Translations under genes and position numbers: made by a program
Assembly (NCBI GenBank): GCA_043732185.1
Contig: JAYTHY010000005.1
Span: forward strand, 1-17,289
Reading direction: 5' to 3'
Length of the DNA: 17,289 nucleotides
From: Fibrobacteria bacterium
GTDB lineage: Bacteria > Fibrobacterota > Fibrobacteria > UBA11236
Notes under the pieces: model-generated
Seen by the model: the letters and a program-made list of their open reading frames with translations, nothing else
The model's database searches: none
What the model was told of the DNA's origin: nothing
Shown here: one piece after another, positions 9,201-16,207 of the stretch
Layout of the letters: each line of letters opens with the position of its first letter
How positions within the stretch are numbered: position 1 is the stretch's first letter

Positions 9201-10608
9201 CCATGAACTTGCCACGCTTCGGGTAACCGCCGGCGATAGCCTCCGCCTGCCTTCACACTCTCGCTGCGCAATTCTCCTCCACGCCTACGATGCCGCCGGC
9301 AGGCGCCTGGACTCCCTGGTAGATGCGGCCGGAACCATCGTCTGGTCTACCAGCGCATCCCTGCCCGCAAAACTTGGAAATCGCACCCATCGTACTTTGG
9401 CCCTGCAAACCGAATCCCCTTCTTCCGCTTTGGCCAAACGGAGCAGCGCCATCCGCTGGGATACCTTGCGTGTTACGGTAACCTTGGACGGCGTTGAAAA
9501 GTCCCTGGACCTGGCGACTAAGGTTGTTTCTACCGTCATCAACAAGCTGGTGGTTTCCACGTCTCAAGGTGAAGTGGCGGAACTGCCTGCGCCCACAGCC
9601 TTCAGTCTTTTTGTTTCCGGATTCGACACCACCACTACTCCGCCTACCCCTATGGTGCCCAACCCGGTGCTCGGCCTCTTGCCGTCCCAAGCGGGAACGA
9701 TAAAAGAACTACAAGCGATTCTGGACCCGCATTTCATCGGACCCTTGCGCATTCTGGCCAAACACATCAACCCGGATGGCAGCCAGGCGACTACTGAATT
9801 GGGAGCGTACCGCGATTCCCTGCAACGCGGACTCAATATCGGCCAGACCCTACAACCTGGCGATTCGGCGCGCCTGCTTTTTCATGACCCATTGTGTGAG
9901 CTTCACATTGCGGACTCGGCCTTTGCCGGCAACAAACAAGCCATCCTGCGCTTGTACAAAAGGACCGTATCGAAAACTTTTGCGAGCGGCATTTCCGAGA
10001 CTGTAACGGGCAGCCTTTATGAATTGTCCAATGCATCCGGAGTCCTTTTCTCCAAGCCGCCACGCCTCAGTTTGGGTATCCCACCCGCCGTCCGAACACG
10101 GAAAAATCAACTCCGCCGTTTTGACGCTATTAAACTCGATTGGAAAGCGCTCAAGGATTCCATCCAATCCGAAACCAATTCCTTTAAGGGCCCGGCCCTT
10201 AGCGTGGACATTCCCGATCTGGACGGCAATTATTACGGCCTTCTGAGCGCATCCCAAGGCTTAACCGCCGGTCAAGTGGAAATCATCCCCAACCCTTTCA
10301 GCCCGCTTGTTTTAGCCACCCATGACGGCAACACCCAGTACGGCACCCGCATTCGGTTGGAACCGGAATCCGATCGCAGCGCGGAAGTCACCATCTCGAT
10401 CAAGATATACAACATGGACAGCGAGCTTATCCGCCACCTGGTGGAACACAAAACCGTGCCCAAAGCACCTATCGACTTTTACTGGGACGGGAAAGCGGAC
10501 GGTGGTCGATGGGCCCGCAACGGACGCTACCTGGTAAAAATTACCGTGGCTGCAACGGGCACACCTGAAGTCAAATACAGTGTCATTCCGGTGGTGCTGT
10601 ACCAATGA
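6211..10608 (+). CDS. Large secreted multi-beta-sandwich protein (Fn3-like and carboxypeptidase-regulatory-like repeats, C-terminal FlgD-Ig/T9SS-like domain), 1465 aa
   Basis: Signal peptide (FLIAALLAAFQISLEA). Fn3-like units (ITWTPVPGVPAYHLLLS; FVWTAS...YKLYI...YIWKVFA). Repeats ITGHVVDAQGRDLDNVAV...SDATGYF, LSGTVNNDKGAPLSG...SDDKGTF...PGTYLVTASRTGF and PLPGASV...ADLRGEY...GSYTLQVS. C-terminus IIPNPFSP...IKIYNMDSELIRHL...FYWDGK...NGRYLVKI. Confidence 0.85.
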   Translation: MRFKPCVARRQGFLIAALLAAFQISLEAKPNLIFLLAPDGEVAPDSLIRLGFAIFPPGSKAPDSCRIYHSAKALGDTLPGHANPLSAVASISSDSSTRILAFKPSDLTATGVPQLGLGFHYLMVGCRDTKYVSSELPLWVSSRQSATILTPRGEETSASPNITWTPVPGVPAYHLLLSDQAINIDPAKGSVSGASVIWQAITTKAAIPYGTPDPSGNFSQVPAPPLSPNVPYNLVILNNYDGRSALATSAKAQGLKLFTIKSQAAALSKPKNIDPAGNKIMSAASDSTLKFVWTASKSGSLSANTYKLYIYSLEVQDALEVLIPIFQTEVTDTFAVIDAKRTLLSKRYIWKVFALSQEGTGVVGDTTSFQYRNDVQTLSVDTRTLDLHGDTIPLGDVRIDVVPLDGSTDALPLFSISTGSAEKVLAVGGYRLAFSKSGFVTESRTITLDLSGPLRIKQVLPPASCRITGHVVDAQGRDLDNVAVTSVGGGKTAITLSDATGYFLLGVVAGTHAVSFAKADYQSPPDTVLTLLAGKSLDLGKIVIARPVASLSGTVNNDKGAPLSGCQILIKSAAGLLLRTLLSDDKGTFSAFLSPGTYLVTASRTGFLGEEKTVQLTDVANIGFQMTSGASVVKGRITLLTKPMAGSIQSAPLPGASVELVPLNTSAASKKTEADLRGEYTFSADTGSYTLQVSRPGRALPDSMQVHIETVRSTLTRDVALQGLASIQGVLSLLPDTVVNPASASITLLKSPGLGIFLTVIPQAAPIPGKAGNMAFTLEGIPDGKYQVTCGLPGYGLDVEPEVTLVDGIWKTDLALSLRKATKSLTFDIKSGGKSLPGSIHLLTPRTLDLPAKTKLGQASSGTYTLTAAPDSLAVIPLYHLTFKLASTGSPDTTITLAFPFSHVPKPLTFQDQKVEITLEAAAPTDSVLIVYGYGAPTDTFPVPFAQLSGPPGPRTILFQPGAQGGLLTYYFIIHSGLLTYANDEPARRFRAQVEPSHELATLRVTAGDSLRLPSHSRCAILLHAYDAAGRRLDSLVDAAGTIVWSTSASLPAKLGNRTHRTLALQTESPSSALAKRSSAIRWDTLRVTVTLDGVEKSLDLATKVVSTVINKLVVSTSQGEVAELPAPTAFSLFVSGFDTTTTPPTPMVPNPVLGLLPSQAGTIKELQAILDPHFIGPLRILAKHINPDGSQATTELGAYRDSLQRGLNIGQTLQPGDSARLLFHDPLCELHIADSAFAGNKQAILRLYKRTVSKTFASGISETVTGSLYELSNASGVLFSKPPRLSLGIPPAVRTRKNQLRRFDAIKLDWKALKDSIQSETNSFKGPALSVDIPDLDGNYYGLLSASQGLTAGQVEIIPNPFSPLVLATHDGNTQYGTRIRLEPESDRSAEVTISIKIYNMDSELIRHLVEHKTVPKAPIDFYWDGKADGGRWARNGRYLVKITVAATGTPEVKYSVIPVVLYQ

Positions 10609-12323
10609 AAATGGTTCTTGTTTTTGTTCTTTTTATTCTTTTTATTCTTTTGAGTACCAATCTGAACGCCTTTGGCATAGACCAAACGAAAAACAGTCGT
10701 GACACAAAAAGGGAAGCCCCTTATGCCACTCCCCTGGATTCGACTCTATTTTTACAGCGACAGAGTCCGGTCGCCAAGCGTGTGGATTCTACCCAACCTA
10801 AAATGGCGCAGCTATGGATTTTGCCTATAGTGATTCAGAGTGCGGACAGCATTTCCATGGAAGAAAAAAGAGTGGTCGATGCGGCGATACGACTGGGGTC
10901 TAGTCAGAATGGAGAATACAAGGTTGTCAGTACCGAGGAGACCGCGCGTTATCTCACCCGAGAAAACGAGTATTCCCAGAACTGTTTTTCTGAATTGTGC
11001 CTCCATGTATTTTCACGGAAGTTTGGAAAAGGACTAATCCTTGCGGCGAAATATTCACGCTCTGACACCGTAGTTGACCTGCAACTAGTACTCATGGATG
11101 CCACACTTGGAAAAATTCATTCGGCCCAGCATACCCGTGGCCCTGCTTCTGCCGACAGCCTGGTTTCATTCGCTCGCAAATCCGCAGAATGCCTTTTGTC
11201 TAAAGGAAAATGTTCCAATCTACCCATTGTCCCCGGTGAAGGGGAGAAGATTACCTGGCTCACCTATCGAGACTCGGTGGATAATCGCCGCCGGTTCGGG
11301 TGGGCTGGATCGGGATTACTGGTCGCGGCAACTGGATTGGCTTTGGTGGAGGGGCAATTGCTGCAAAGGGATGATCGGCGGAATGCACCAGCTGGGGCGA
11401 TTCTTTCCGATGCAGGCGCGCGGTCCTTTCTACGCGGTTTTTTCACTACCCCGACTTTGGGCGCCAGATACGCGGCGATGGGCGGGGCAGGTATCGCGCA
11501 TGTCAACAATGGGCTGGCCCTATTGATGAACCCGGCCGGCGTGGGCCAAATGCAGGAAGAAAATGCCGTAGCGGCCAAACGCACTTTGCCCGGGGGCACC
11601 CCTTCGCTTTTTCTAGCCTGGGCAGGACCGGTATTAGGCAAATGGTCCCAGGGGCTGGGCGCATTATATGAAGGCGATGCCCTAGCAAGCGAGACCACCC
11701 TGCATGGCGCGCTCGCATTTGACTTTTCTGAGTTTGGAAAAACCTGGGAAGGCCTTAACGCCGGGGCAGAGGTCAAACTCTACCTAGCGGAAGTAGGCCG
11801 GTCGGGAACCGGACAAGACAGATCCACCGGGCACAGCGTGGGAGCGGGCCTGGATATTGGCTTACAGACCAGAATCAGTGAAAAGATCACTGCCGCCTTC
11901 ACAGTAAAAGATTTACTCAGCATACTGCGCCACAGCAACACATTGACCAATCAAGCTCAGGGTGAAGTCTTGCCCCCAGAATATCGTTTGGGAACGGCCT
12001 ACCACGCTTCATCAACCCTACTTTTGCTTATGGATGGCCAAAAGGGTTTGTATGCGGACCAAGCCGATCATGTTCGCATTGGCGCGGAGCAGGTGCTTTT
12101 TCGATGCCTATCCCTGCGTGGCGGCATGCATCAGATTTTTGGGAGGGAAGCAATACGAAAAATGTCAGTTGGATTTGGTCTCAACACGTTGCCATTCACA
12201 AAAGGCACCACAAGCAGCACCACAAACAGCCCGCTGGCGCTGAACTACAGTTATGAATTTGCACTGAACGAAGACGATCCCCTGGGAGGGGGCCAACAGT
12301 TCAGCTTAGAAATGGGATTCTAA
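10605..12323 (+). CDS. PorV/PorQ-like (FadL-superfamily) outer-membrane barrel with an N-terminal TolB-N/CsgG-like domain, 572 aa
   Basis: Signal peptide. N-terminal alpha/beta domain with CFSELC...LILAAKY...LQLVLMDATLGKI. From about 11460, GARYAAMGGAGIA...ALLMNPAGV is the PorV/FadL-type plug motif, followed by GLDIGL, RIGAEQ, LSLRGG, LNYSY and terminal QFSLEMGF. ATGA overlap with the upstream gene. Confidence 0.8.
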   Translation: MKMVLVFVLFILFILLSTNLNAFGIDQTKNSRDTKREAPYATPLDSTLFLQRQSPVAKRVDSTQPKMAQLWILPIVIQSADSISMEEKRVVDAAIRLGSSQNGEYKVVSTEETARYLTRENEYSQNCFSELCLHVFSRKFGKGLILAAKYSRSDTVVDLQLVLMDATLGKIHSAQHTRGPASADSLVSFARKSAECLLSKGKCSNLPIVPGEGEKITWLTYRDSVDNRRRFGWAGSGLLVAATGLALVEGQLLQRDDRRNAPAGAILSDAGARSFLRGFFTTPTLGARYAAMGGAGIAHVNNGLALLMNPAGVGQMQEENAVAAKRTLPGGTPSLFLAWAGPVLGKWSQGLGALYEGDALASETTLHGALAFDFSEFGKTWEGLNAGAEVKLYLAEVGRSGTGQDRSTGHSVGAGLDIGLQTRISEKITAAFTVKDLLSILRHSNTLTNQAQGEVLPPEYRLGTAYHASSTLLLLMDGQKGLYADQADHVRIGAEQVLFRCLSLRGGMHQIFGREAIRKMSVGFGLNTLPFTKGTTSSTTNSPLALNYSYEFALNEDDPLGGGQQFSLEMGF

Positions 12324-12338
12324 CTACGAAAACGAACA

Positions 12339-12358
12339 AGCCCGGTATCGACCGGGCT
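12339..12358. terminator. Probable bidirectional intrinsic terminator between convergent genes
   Basis: AGCCCGGT-ATCG-ACCGGGCT is a perfect 8-bp stem in the 41-nt gap between two stop codons. Followed by CTTGCT on + and TGTTCGTTTT on -. Confidence 0.7.
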
Positions 12359-12364
12359 CTTGCT

Positions 12365-13252
12365 CTACCAACGGAAATCCAGCTTGTCCAATTGCCGAAT
12401 CTTTTCCTTGTCGAGAATTTTCAGCTTGCACTTGTGTCGCTGAGCGCTGCACCAAGCGATGATCCGTTTGTCCTTTAATGCGGTGGAATCCAGCAATGGC
12501 CACTTGGTTGGGTTCTTCTTTTTGTATTCGGAAAGCTGCGCATAGAATTTATTCCAACTCAGATCTTTCACGCTCCACACAAAACCGATTTTATTCAATT
12601 TTGCCACGCGTTCCGGCAACAAACTGTCCGCCTTCAAGGCGCAGCGTTGCAGGTGACACCAAAGTCCAAGCCGATTGCCCTTGGGAAATTCTTCCCGTGC
12701 CTTGGGCCAATTTTGCGGATATTGCTTGCGGTAGTCTTTGAGCGTTTGATAATGTTCGGCCCAGGTATCCGGTAGCGAAAATGGGAATTCAAGTTTGGCC
12801 AAAGCCCGCTGGCGTTCTTTAGAAAGCTGCCCGTTGGCAAAATTCTGCCGTTGTCGCCAAACCCAAAGACCCAATCGATTGCCTTTGGGAAAGTCTTCCC
12901 TTGCGAATGGCCAGCTCTTGGGATGGGCGCGACGATAGTCACTCAAATACTGGAATTGCATCTGCCAATGAGAGGCACGTTCATCCGGCTTCTCCCAAGG
13001 CAATCCCAGCTTTTTAAGCAGCTTCATGCGATCTTGGGGAAGTAGCTTGGTGTTTTGAAGTTCTCGTTGACGATGCACCCATTGCCCTAAATGGTTTCCC
13101 TTGGGAAACTCTTCCAACGTAGAGGGCCACTCCTTAGCATTCTTGGCGCGGTAACGCACAAGGAACTCATATTGGCGCATCCATTGTTCGTCCCAACGGG
13201 TATTTGTCGGTGTTTTCACCGCAACTGTTTTCGACTCTGATTTGTTTCCCAC
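12365..13252 (-). CDS. Helicase-associated (HA, PF03457-like) domain repeat protein, four repeats, no helicase core
   Basis: Four repeats of about 68 aa: W...y..L..Yr.....WP......pkgn.Lg.W...QR......L..eR...L.klgF.W. GTG start with GGAG upstream. Confidence 0.88.
   Translation of the reverse strand: MGNKSESKTVAVKTPTNTRWDEQWMRQYEFLVRYRAKNAKEWPSTLEEFPKGNHLGQWVHRQRELQNTKLLPQDRMKLLKKLGLPWEKPDERASHWQMQFQYLSDYRRAHPKSWPFAREDFPKGNRLGLWVWRQRQNFANGQLSKERQRALAKLEFPFSLPDTWAEHYQTLKDYRKQYPQNWPKAREEFPKGNRLGLWCHLQRCALKADSLLPERVAKLNKIGFVWSVKDLSWNKFYAQLSEYKKKNPTKWPLLDSTALKDKRIIAWCSAQRHKCKLKILDKEKIRQLDKLDFRW
12669..13120 (-). repeat. Intragenic degenerate DNA repeats encoding (E/D)FPKGN(R/H)LG in HA repeats 1-3
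   Basis: The + strand core TTGGGAAA..CTTCC starts at 12681, 12885 and 13101 (spacing 204 and 216 nt, both in frame). Confidence 0.75.
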
Positions 13253-13407
13253 TATTTACTTTCTCCACATGTATGTAAAATCAAGTATTGGTATTCTTGC
13301 TGACAGCAAAAAAACGAATTCGCAACGAGTCCCAACAGGGTGGCCCGATTGAATTTACGATGATTTTACCAAAATTAGCGATTCGTGATCTGAATAATAA
13401 ATATTGG

Positions 13408-14142
13408 TCAATTCTTTTTTTTCCGACTTTGCCGCGAAGCCCGGATATTCAGAACCTCAACCGACATGGAGAAGAACATGGCGAAATAGATATACCCCTT
13501 GGGAATGTGTATTTCAAAACCCTCGGCCAAAAGCGCCATGCCCACAAGCAGCAAAAAGGACAGCGCTAGCATTTTAACGGTGGGAAAGTGGTTGACGAAA
13601 TAACTGATTCGGTCTGATGCCGCCAGCATTATCAATACGGCGATGATCACGGCTGCTGCCATGACAACAAGCTGATCCACCATGCCCACCGCCGTGATAA
13701 CCGAGTCCAAGGAAAAAATGATATCCAAGAACATGATCTGAATAATCACGCCAGTAAAACTAATGCGCTTGGCGGCCACGGCTTTCCCATCCACGCCCTC
13801 CGAAAGACTTCCCACTTTCTCATGGATTTCCGTTGTGCTTTTATACAGGAGGAAAAGGCCGCCCAGAATCAGTACCAGATCCCTCCCGGAAATTTCGTGG
13901 CTGAGAATAGTGAAAAGCGGAGCCGTGAGTTTCACAATCACGGATAGGCTAAAAAGTAAGAGTAAACGAGTCATCAAGGCAGCGGCCAGCCCCAGTTTCC
14001 GGGCTCTGGGCTGCTCTGCTTCCGGCAGCTTTCCGGACAGAATGGTTATAAAAACAATATTGTCGATGCCGAGCACAATTTCAAGCAAGGTTAGCGTGAT
14101 CAAACTGATCCAGGTTTGGGGATTGGACCAAATTTCTAACAT
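13408..14142 (-). CDS. TerC family integral membrane protein (no CBS domains)
   Basis: LTLLEIVLGIDNIVFI, GRDLVLILGGLFLLYKST, IMFLDIIFSLDSVITAVGM, PTVKMLALSFLLLVG and HIPKGYIYFAMFFS. Confidence 0.95.
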   Translation of the reverse strand: MLEIWSNPQTWISLITLTLLEIVLGIDNIVFITILSGKLPEAEQPRARKLGLAAALMTRLLLLFSLSVIVKLTAPLFTILSHEISGRDLVLILGGLFLLYKSTTEIHEKVGSLSEGVDGKAVAAKRISFTGVIIQIMFLDIIFSLDSVITAVGMVDQLVVMAAAVIIAVLIMLAASDRISYFVNHFPTVKMLALSFLLLVGMALLAEGFEIHIPKGYIYFAMFFSMSVEVLNIRASRQSRKKKN

Positions 14143-14326
14143 CGGTTCTGGCCCCGGTTTTGCTCAATAAGGATGCTAGTCATGAATTCCTCGTTGTTTT
14201 GTTTCAATTTGATTCGGTGTCGGACCCTATTGTCCAAAATGAGACGACGGGTTCCTCGCCTTCAATTGTCCCAATGGTCCGATATCAGCCAAAATAGTAC
14301 TTTCTTCACCATCAGGAGTATACGCC

Positions 14327-15220
14327 ATGTTTAAACGTTTGATGCTTTTTGCGATCACAAATTTATTGGTTGTCCTCACCTTGACGGTGCTATTTCAAAT
14401 CCTGGGCCTAGGCCGTTACACGCACGGCATCGGCATGGATTACCAAGGCCTTTTTATCTTCTGTTTGTTCTGGGGCATGGGTGGAGCTTTCATCTCGCTC
14501 GGGCTTTCGCGTATTATGGCGAAGTTTGCCATGGGTGTCAAGGTCATCGATCCACGCGCGCCTGGTCCGCATGGAGACTTGGTGAAAATGGTGCATGAAT
14601 TGGCGCAAAAGGCACGACTCCCTGCCATGCCGCAAGTAGGCATTTATGATAGCCCTGAAATCAACGCTTTCGCAACCGGCCCCACAAAAAGCCGCGCACT
14701 CGTAGCCGTCTCCAGCGGTCTACTACGCCGCATGAGCCGCGAAGAAGTCGAAGGGGTGCTTGGCCATGAGATAGCGCATGTCGCCAACGGAGATATGGTC
14801 ACGATGACCTTGCTGCAGGGTGTTATCAATGCCTTTGTCATGTTTTTGGCTCGGGTCATCGCCTTCGCCTTGAGTCAACGGTCACGCAACGAAGACGGAC
14901 CTAGCTTCGGAGGCAATTGGCTGGTGGTCATGCTGTTGGAAATGATATTAAGTCCTTTGGGATTCTTGGTGGTTGCCTGGTTTTCCCGCTACCGCGAGTT
15001 CCGGGCCGATGCCGGTGGTGCCGCCTATGCGGGCAAGGGAAAGATGATCGGCGCCTTGCAAGCCTTGAACTTAAATTTCGGTCGCCAAGAGGTGGAGGAT
15101 CCGCGATCCGCCAAATTGGCTACGATGAAAATCTCCGGCAAGCGCTCTGGATTCATGGCCCTCATGTCGACGCATCCGCCACTTGAGGAGCGGATTGCCC
15201 GATTGCAAGCGGCCCGTTAA
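14327..15220 (+). CDS. htpX: Zinc metalloprotease HtpX (peptidase M48)
   Basis: INAFATG, VAVSSGLL, GVLGHEIAHVANGDMVTMTLLQGVIN (HExxH), FSRYREFRAD and STHPPLEERI. SD AGGAG before the ATG. Confidence 0.96.
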   Translation: MFKRLMLFAITNLLVVLTLTVLFQILGLGRYTHGIGMDYQGLFIFCLFWGMGGAFISLGLSRIMAKFAMGVKVIDPRAPGPHGDLVKMVHELAQKARLPAMPQVGIYDSPEINAFATGPTKSRALVAVSSGLLRRMSREEVEGVLGHEIAHVANGDMVTMTLLQGVINAFVMFLARVIAFALSQRSRNEDGPSFGGNWLVVMLLEMILSPLGFLVVAWFSRYREFRADAGGAAYAGKGKMIGALQALNLNFGRQEVEDPRSAKLATMKISGKRSGFMALMSTHPPLEERIARLQAAR

Positions 15221-15241
15221 GCGGCTCAGTAGGCAGCAGAG

Positions 15242-16129
15242 TTAAGCAGTAGGGTTGAGCAACAGATAAAGGGCTTGGGTACCTCGATCCCCGAGCCCAT
15301 CTCCAACCAGTTTGCCGTACAATTCTTGCGCGAGTTTTAAGGCGGGCGCATCCAGACCTAATGCCTGGGCTTCTTCAAGAGCCAAACCAATGTCTTTTAA
15401 AAAATGCCTTACAAAGAATCCCGGCGCAAAATCCCCGGCGAGAATGCGAGGAGCCAAATTCGCAAGTGCCCAACTCGATGCAGCCCCTGCCCCAATGGAT
15501 TCCAGTACCTGGGCGGGATCGAGACCGGCCTTAACGGCAAAAGCCATGGCCTCACAGGTACCAAGCGTGTTACCGAATACGGCAATCTGATTACACAGCT
15601 TTACGCGTTGCCCGCTGCCCGCACCTCCTTGTAGGACAATGCGCGCACCTAAGGCGGAAAATATGGACTGCGCGTCCTCAAAAGCCTGCTTGTCTCCCCC
15701 CACCATAATGCTGAGGCGACCTTCGCGTGCGCCAATATCCCCGCCAGATACGGGTGCATCCAGTATTTGCAGGCCGCGACGAACGCCTTCCTCAAAAATA
15801 CGCCTGGCCAATTTAGGTTGTGAAGTGGTCATATCTATAAGCAATGTTCCCGGAGCCGCACTCGCCAGCAATCCACCCGTACCAAAATACAGTTCTTCCA
15901 CCTCTTCCGGATAACCGAGCATGGTGATGATGGCGCGGCATCCCTTAGCCAATTCTTTTGGGTTGGAGATCCACTGACCGCCCTCGGCTAGGATAGGCTG
16001 GGCTTTAGCGGCCGTTCGAGTGTGCACGCGCAGCGGGAATCCAGCGGCTAGCAATCGCTTGGCCATGGAAGCGCCCATTACGCCAAGACCTATGAAGCCA
16101 AGAGTTGCGGATGTGTCTATAGTCGCCAT
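15242..16129 (-). CDS. NAD(P)-dependent beta-hydroxyacid dehydrogenase (3-hydroxyisobutyrate dehydrogenase / GarR family)
   Basis: GFIGLGVMG, IDMTTS, LDAPVSGGDIGA, catalytic-Lys motif GSGQRVKLCNQ and PGFFVRHFLKD. Start 16129 preferred because GGGAG precedes it; 16141 is the alternative. Confidence 0.93.
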   Translation of the reverse strand: MATIDTSATLGFIGLGVMGASMAKRLLAAGFPLRVHTRTAAKAQPILAEGGQWISNPKELAKGCRAIITMLGYPEEVEELYFGTGGLLASAAPGTLLIDMTTSQPKLARRIFEEGVRRGLQILDAPVSGGDIGAREGRLSIMVGGDKQAFEDAQSIFSALGARIVLQGGAGSGQRVKLCNQIAVFGNTLGTCEAMAFAVKAGLDPAQVLESIGAGAASSWALANLAPRILAGDFAPGFFVRHFLKDIGLALEEAQALGLDAPALKLAQELYGKLVGDGLGDRGTQALYLLLNPTA

Positions 16130-16207
16130 TGAATCTCCCATTCCCTAAGGTAGGCAGGAAAATAGTTGTTGCTACCTTTTTGGGAAAGCCTCTTTGATGG
16201 AATAAAA

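Noticed and set aside
10623..10649. 9-nt tandem repeat TTT(G/A)TTCTT x3 in the PorV-like signal peptide as a phase-variation tract
   Set aside because: The unit is in frame and simply encodes FVL-FIL-FIL; copy-number change would not switch expression.
12669..13120. Regularly spaced DNA repeats as a CRISPR array
   Set aside because: They are degenerate, about 200 nt apart and in frame within a coding gene, so they reflect HA protein repeats.
13408..14142. Tellurite-resistance (ter) island
   Set aside because: Only a lone TerC-family gene is present, with no terA/B/D/Z neighbours.
14143..14326. yybP-ykoY (Mn) riboswitch upstream of terC
   Set aside because: Expected from family context, but the minus strand lacks the GGGGAGUAG and GGCGAGACC-like core in the right arrangement; only GGCGAG is present.
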